Shown: positions 57,770 to 64,000 of the stretch, piece by piece
How the letters are laid out: every line of letters begins with the position of its first letter
Numbering within the stretch: the first letter of the stretch is position 1
Source of the DNA: Obrimoposthia wandeli
Taxonomy: Eukaryota
Assembly (NCBI GenBank): GCA_977020255.1
Contig: CDROCS010000774.1
Location: 372,001-436,000 of the forward strand
Direction: 5' to 3'
Length of the DNA: 64,000 nucleotides
Notes under the pieces: model-generated
Databases searched by the model: none
What the model saw: the letters and a program-made list of their open reading frames with translations, nothing else
What the model was told of the DNA's origin: nothing
Translations under genes and position numbers: made by a program

Positions 57770-60700
57770 TGAAGAAGTTAGTTTAAATAATGTGATTAGA
57801 AATCACATATTTGATTTGAATATTGATCGACAATAAATATAATTGTTGAAAAGATTCTTTAACAATATTCAAATAAAATTTTAAAAAATATCAAGAAAAT
57901 GGTCGTCCTCGAGTGCGGAATTCCAAGTTGCTGTTTTCAGACGATGGAGAGTTCAGAATCCGTAGCTATTGCCCTAAGCGACCATATTATGAACCATCAA
58001 CTCTCCATCCAGGATAATGCTAACATCACCATACGACTGAAGGATCCGAGACTAGGGCGGTCGTGCATCGACATGGAAGTCGATGGGGATACATATAATG
58101 CTTTTGAGCAGCGTTGGAATATCATTTGTCATGGATCCGACATCGATGAGGCATCAGCTCCATTCCAGTTCTTCCAATGCGCCACCAATGCTCTTGCTGA
58201 TGCCCTCCTCAAATCGATCCAGTCATTACCTCGCGATCGATCTCCGAGGTAATTAAAGCAATGAAGTCACTGATCATCATCTCTGTATCTCGTAGTGTCA
58301 AACGCGCCGAACTTTCTGCAATGCACCAGAGTCCAGACGAAGCTTTCCGGTTTTTTGCCGCAAGAGTCCGTGGCAAGGCTGAAATATGTGGATTTGCAGT
58401 CGAAGCAACATACCAGTGCGGAAATAAGAAGACAGTAGACTATACAGATGAGTCGATCCGTGACGTGCTACTCGAAATCCACCACGAAGCCCTGGGCATT
58501 GAAGGTGCACTGGTACAAACGGTCAACAATTTCATCGGTTTCATTGAAGGACGGGAAATGGCGCGGAATGCCCTCCTATCATCCATCAACTCGGCCATTT
58601 CGTCAGCTAATAGTAATCAAGTTCCCGTAACAATGCCCACTGAGAGGACCAAGCAGGCGCTATGTCCGGACTGCCATAGAAGCTACTTACTGTTTTAGGA
58701 AACGTCCCGTGGCTGGAATAGAAAGGCCCACGAGATATGCAAGGAATGCTACATGGCAAAGCGACGACGACACGGCTCAATTATACCAACTAGGACTGAT
58801 GCCAACTCAACTGCAAGCAACCACATGCCATCCATCAGCGCCCTCCGTTAAAATAGTCGGCGCCCAGTGTAGCCCCGAACAAACCCTCAAGTTGACGCCC
58901 TACAATATCAGATCTTCACAGCCGGTGAGTGGCGCTGAGCTCGGTTTATAAAGCAGCCAACTGTCCATCTCAGAGTAAGCATCGACCAGACAGCCTCCAA
59001 AGCCCGTCAAAATCATTCACCATCGATATTTACCGAAGTTGAAGCTGTGACCGACCGTGGGGCACATTCAGATGTTTGGTCACCCGATCAATACTTAATA
59101 AATATATATTTTTCGTGATGACCTCCACCCAGTCTCTTTCAGTCTACAGGCTGCCAATTATTCGAAAATCCATACAGATAGTGTTTTCTTTGGTGAACTC
59201 GAGGGCCTTGGACACTTGGAAAACAGTCGCTGATGCCTGGAACGGTTACCATTCAGCCCTGATCCGTAAATCTGACCGACATTTGACGACATACATCACC
59301 CCATTCGTAGATGGTGGTAATGCCGTGCCTCTCGAGGTTTCGTGTCATCTGGCGAGGGCTATAACCGTCGTTTTGACACGATATTATCTGACTTCGAACG
59401 GAAAGAGAGGTGCGTAGATGACGCAATTCACTATGATGAGGATCTTCACACTCAATGGAGATGCACAATGAACTTTCTCCAGACGGTTGAAAATTCATGT
59501 ATCGTGCTAAATTCAGATAAGTTCCAGTTTACCAAACGGAATGTCGAATTTGCCGGTTTCCGCCTCACTGATTCATCTATCGAGCCACTACCGAAATTCC
59601 TCGATGTAATCAGAGACTTCCCCACACCAATATCGACTACGGACATTCTTAACTGGTTTAGGTTGGTGAACCAGGTGAGCAACTATGCTCAACTGAGAGA
59701 CATAATGACTCTTTCCAGACCATTCCTTAGTCCGAAAAACAAATTCTCCTGGTCCCAAGAACTCGACGAAGCATTCAATTTTTCGAAGAACACCATCATC
59801 AAAGCCATCAAAGAGGGCATACGGATCTTTGACGAGTCGAATAGGACTTGCCTCAGACCCGACTAGTCGACACAGGGAATCGGATATTACCTTATTCAAA
59901 ACAATGCCCATGTCACCTGCAAGTGGCATATTATCCTGGCCTGCTCCCGGTTTCTCTCTGTTACAGAATCTCGGTATGCACCAATTGAAGGTGAAGCACT
60001 TTCAAACGCGTGGGGTTTGGAGCAAACCCGTTTCTTCACACGGGGATGCGACGACCTTTTGGTCGTCACTGACCACAAACCATTAACGAAAGTTTTCGGT
60101 AACGGCACACTCGACGAGATCAGCAATACCAGACGTTTTCGACTCAAGAAACGCACCCTTCCGTGGTTGTTCTCAATCATGCATATGTCAGCAAAATCAA
60201 ACCTAGCCGCCGATGCCACGTCTCGACATCCATCCCCTCCACTCCACTTAACCCCATTGGTCTTGACGATCAACTGGAACACGCCCTGACGCTGCAATCC
60301 AACAGGAAACGGCTGAGATTGCGTCACTCTCATGGTCCCGGATTTCCGAGGAAACGTTTAAGGATTCTCAGATGCGCACGCTCCTACAAACCGTTGAAAA
60401 TGGTTTTCCTGAGACCGGAAAGGACTTTTCTCACGCCGCACCATTTTGGAAATTCCGCGAGGCCCTATACGTATCCGATGGCTCCGTATATGGATCGAGT
60501 CGTAATACCACCATCACTGGGCTGCACCGTTCTTGACAATCTCCATGCTGCACACCAGGGCACGTCTTCAATGGAGCTTCGTGCCTACACCATTGTGTTT
60601 TGGCCAGAAATTACAGAAGATATACAAACCAGTGATAGACTAACCGGTTGGACCGAGGTGTTCCGTTGCCCTCCCGTCTCTTCCCATGCTGGTAGCGCCG

Positions 60701-61506
60701 GTTTCGTCGGATGTTTTCAAGCTGTTTTTGCAACCTTAGGAGTGCCAATAGAACTCTCCAGCGATGGTGGACCAGAATTGACAAGTAGCTTAACTCAGAA
60801 TTTTTTCTGTCGATGGGATATCAGCCACCGCGTATCCTCCGCCTATCCTCCGCTTATCATCCACAGTTTAACAATAGGACTGAAATTGTTGTAAAAGCCA
60901 CGAAATGACTCCTCAGATCTAACACGGGTACTACCAGTAACCTAAACAACGATCGATTCCTCTGGGCGCTCTTGTAACAGCGGAACACCCTGATACGACT
61001 GTGAAATACCACCCTCTCAGATCGTATTTGGAAAGCCCCTGCGAGACTCAATGTCTTTTGTGAATCGACTGGAAATTTTCTCCAATCCACATATTAAAAT
61101 GACATGGTGAGAGGCCTGATCTCTGAAAGAATTAACTCTGCGCTTCATGTTATACTCGACCAGAAGATACCCTTGATGCTAGCACCCGCCCACTGCCAAC
61201 ATCAGTACGAGCCACTCCTCTTAAAATTCATGATGAGAACTCCCAATCCTGTCGACAACCCAGATCCAATCGAAAACTCCACGCCCAGCCGATCAACCAA
61301 CAATTATCACCCCAACGCGGCCCACCGGACTTCTCGCCGTACTGCCTGGCAGGAATCCAGTGACTGGATATTAAACTTTTGAGCCCGTGACAACAGTCAC
61401 GAACTGAGGGATGAAGAAGTTTGTTTGAATAATGTGTTTAGAAATCACATATTTGATTTGAATATTGATCGACAATAAATATATATATTTTAAAAGACTC
61501 TTTACA
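57770..61506 (+). mobile_element. Degenerate Ty3/Gypsy element with very short (~95 bp) LTRs
   Basis: LTRs TGAAGAAGTT..tcttta(a)CA at 57770-57864 and 61412-61506, with a purine tract before the right LTR. Broken gag (NAFEQRW..QFFQCA..LADALLK), RT (RCVDDAI..KFQF..VEFAGF), RNase H (VTDHKPL..NLAADATSR) and integrase (SSDGGPEL). Confidence 0.88.
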
Positions 61507-62291
61507 TAGTAGTAGTAGTTTTTAGATTATCTGAAGGATTTTTCCAGGAAGAAGATGAAGCTCAAATTTCTGATAATATCACAATTTCTGATGATGACGA
61601 ACCAATTTTACAGGGGTTTCAAGAAGAACTCATTCTCCATTTAACATCTGATAACATGTATTCTTATGATGGAGCAACGTCTCAAATGTAATGAGCAGTC
61701 ATCAAACCAATAAAATGATGTATATATTGTCAACTATAAAAAGGACAAAGAGCAGGATTATGGATTATGGTCATTAGAGCAAACAGAAGAACCACTTGAT
61801 GAAGAAATCATCAACTTTGTGAGTAAGCTCAACATTGACTGTCCAAATGATACAGTAACCCAATACAAGATTTATGAAGTACATCTCGACTTACACCATA
61901 TAATCATGAAAACTTTGAAAGAAGAGGAAGATAACGCTCCTATTATTACTCGCGATGATTTTCATCCGAAGTTGGATGGATAATATGGACCTTTATCAGA
62001 AAACATATGGGGGACATGCTATTGAATATATACACTTTTAAAAGGTAATATTGTTTTATTTTAAATTTTATCATTATTAATTTACAGAAAGATTATGAAA
62101 ATGGTGGATATAAATATTATCTAGCCAATCGTGGGTGACCAGATATGGAGATACTTCAAATACTATGGCGAGCAACAAACCTAGTGGAAGACAATACGGA
62201 TATTTTAGATTATATGTATAATATATATTTTTAATATATGATTTATTAGGTGTTTATACTAGATTATCTTATTTTTGTTTTGTTTTTTAAA

Positions 62292-63170
62292 TTAACACTA
62301 GAACCGCCAAAGCAGTCAAAGTGACTGTTTATCTTATAATATAAATTGTAACTTACTCATTTTATTTTTTTTCTGATATTTCATGATATTTACTAATTTT
62401 TCCTCTACTTTCAGAATATCAATACATTAATGCTTCAGGATGCCCAAATAAAGGATTATTTTAAATTTATACCTAAACCGCCGAAACAGTCATTCTAAAT
62501 GTTTAAAAATGAATGGTAATATTTAAGTTAAAACTAATTAATAACACATGTAAATACATTAAAAATATATTAAATAGAATTAAAATAATTTTTTTAAACT
62601 TAATGATTGTTGATTTTGTCCCAATACATGATCCACAGCAAATCTTTTCACAATTTGAACATATATCAATTGACTTGTTATGGTTAGTTATTTTACATTG
62701 TTTTCTTTTCTGTAATATGTACTCTAATATTGCTGGATTCTAATTGATCTGTTGTCTACCTAATATTAAAGGTGCACATAACTCTTCTCCTACAGCTAGT
62801 AAAAAGCTTTACGACTAATATTTGAATCTGTAGCTTTTCTATAAATTATCCAGGAGTTTATTCCAGCTAAATAAATTATTCGCAAAATACCGCTATTGGC
62901 CATATTTGAGTCCCTGAACGAGCTGTAAATAACCGAGACATTTGGTCGCTACTATCAACACCAGTTTTTGTGTAATTATAAAATTTTACTACATCCGGAA
63001 GTTTCCTTTTATGATTTTTATCTATACTGTAGTATCGATGAAGGGTACTCAGAATTGTGACAACCTTTTTGGGTTTACACTTAAATATTGTCAAAGATGC
63101 ATTGTTTTCTTTTAGAAATAATGAATCATGCAAAGCCATTTTCTTTTCTATATCTAACATTGGAAGTTAT
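62292..63170 (-). mobile_element. piggyBac transposase remnant with TTAA-flanked terminus
   Basis: KKVVTILSTLH..KLPDVVKFYNYTKTGVDSSDQM......WPIAVF. TTAA followed by CACTAGAACCGCC at 62292-62308. Confidence 0.82.
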
Positions 63171-63252
63171 TTTCTGTTACTACGCATTGTACCAACTAAG
63201 CTACATTTCCTTTAAGCTAAATCTTTGGCAAGAGGAAGTGATGTAAATAAAT

Positions 63253-64000
63253 TGTGAGGGCTTCTATTTGAAACTCTTATTCAAGTAGATCCTCGTATGG
63301 AGGCCCCCAACGTGAGTTCTGAAGCGATAGGGCTTACAGATGGATGTGGCCTATCTGTTTGAGTTCTACTTAATTCTAGTCTCAATCTGAAGATTTTGTG
63401 TCTTATTGTTTTGTGGTGTGTTCAAGTAGTTGTGTTCACAGAATAGCTAGTAGGGCCCTAAAGCTAGTGTGGTGTGATGTAACGCAGGGTGGATAGTTTA
63501 TCAGCTGAGTTAGCTTTTATGTCGGAAGGGTCTGACAACACCAAGACTGAATATCGACGAAGCAGAGCCGGGACCAATCGACGTAGACAATACTCCTCTG
63601 AATCTGTCAGTACGTAGAATATTGTCTCGTTAGTTGTCCTTCGGATAATCTATATGTTAGGGGCACACGAATTTCACAATGAATTTAACTCGGAATGAAT
63701 CTTCTATCGATTTCAATAAAATAGGTATATTTAATTTAGCACATTTAAAACTTCCTAAAATTATTACAGAATACACAATAGGGTTGACGCTTTTCTATGC
63801 GTATACTTTTATACGCCTCCTGCTATAATCACCCTTCAAATTATTTCCCGTGCATTTCTACCCGTCTATCTAACTCTTTAATTTAATATGTTATTGTCGT
63901 TTAATTCAATAATGTCGTTTTACTCGAAATTGATTTAAAATTCAACGTCCTTTACTTGAACTGTACTTATATTCAAACGTCTTTTACTTGAAATGTACTT
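63253..64000 (-). repeat. LTR of the giant-element family (solo LTR or 3' LTR of an element further right)
   Basis: Starts TGTGAGGG and aligns over >600 bp with the LTR at 28034 onward (e.g. cacagaatagctagtagg, tttatcagctgagttagctttt, cagagccgggaccaatcgacgtag). No PBS on its left flank. Confidence 0.88.

Noticed and set aside
1-64000. Naming the host as a planarian
   Set aside because: AT-richness, tiny introns, Polintons and a Burro-like element are compatible, but none is diagnostic without a database search.

Overview
AT-rich eukaryotic (probably invertebrate) genomic DNA with very short introns (40-44 bp) and dense transposable-element content; the host cannot be named from sequence alone. 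The left 17.8 kb is a giant minus-strand Ty3/Gypsy LTR retroelement. It has a ~2.1 kb 5' LTR, a primer-binding site matching elongator tRNA-Met and a repeat-filled leader. What looks like one polyprotein of >4,790 aa runs off the left edge. In one reading frame it carries Gag with a zinc knuckle, a ubiquitin-like domain, an AT-hook, a Bcl-2-like domain, a chuvirus-type envelope glycoprotein with internal signal peptide and TM anchor, aspartic protease 1, a BIR-BIR-RING (IAP) module, aspartic protease 2, RT, RNase H and integrase. Past several small frameshifts come three IPT/TIG-like repeats, an intact dual-specificity phosphatase, a pseudophosphatase and further membrane or secreted modules. 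The architecture suggests an enveloped endogenous virus with its own anti-apoptotic and signalling toolkit. It recalls, from memory, the giant planarian Burro elements, so novelty must be checked. Two more members of the LTR family occur at 26.8-29.3 kb and 63.25 kb onward. The window also holds a decayed Maverick/Polinton (ATPase, integrase, penton, major capsid), a short-LTR Gypsy, and Tc1/mariner, hAT, MULE and piggyBac relics. One intact host gene is present: 9-exon NFS1 cysteine desulfurase (minus strand, 38429-50136), whose intron 6 holds an 18S rRNA pseudogene fragment. Domain calls are by eye from motifs, not database searches.
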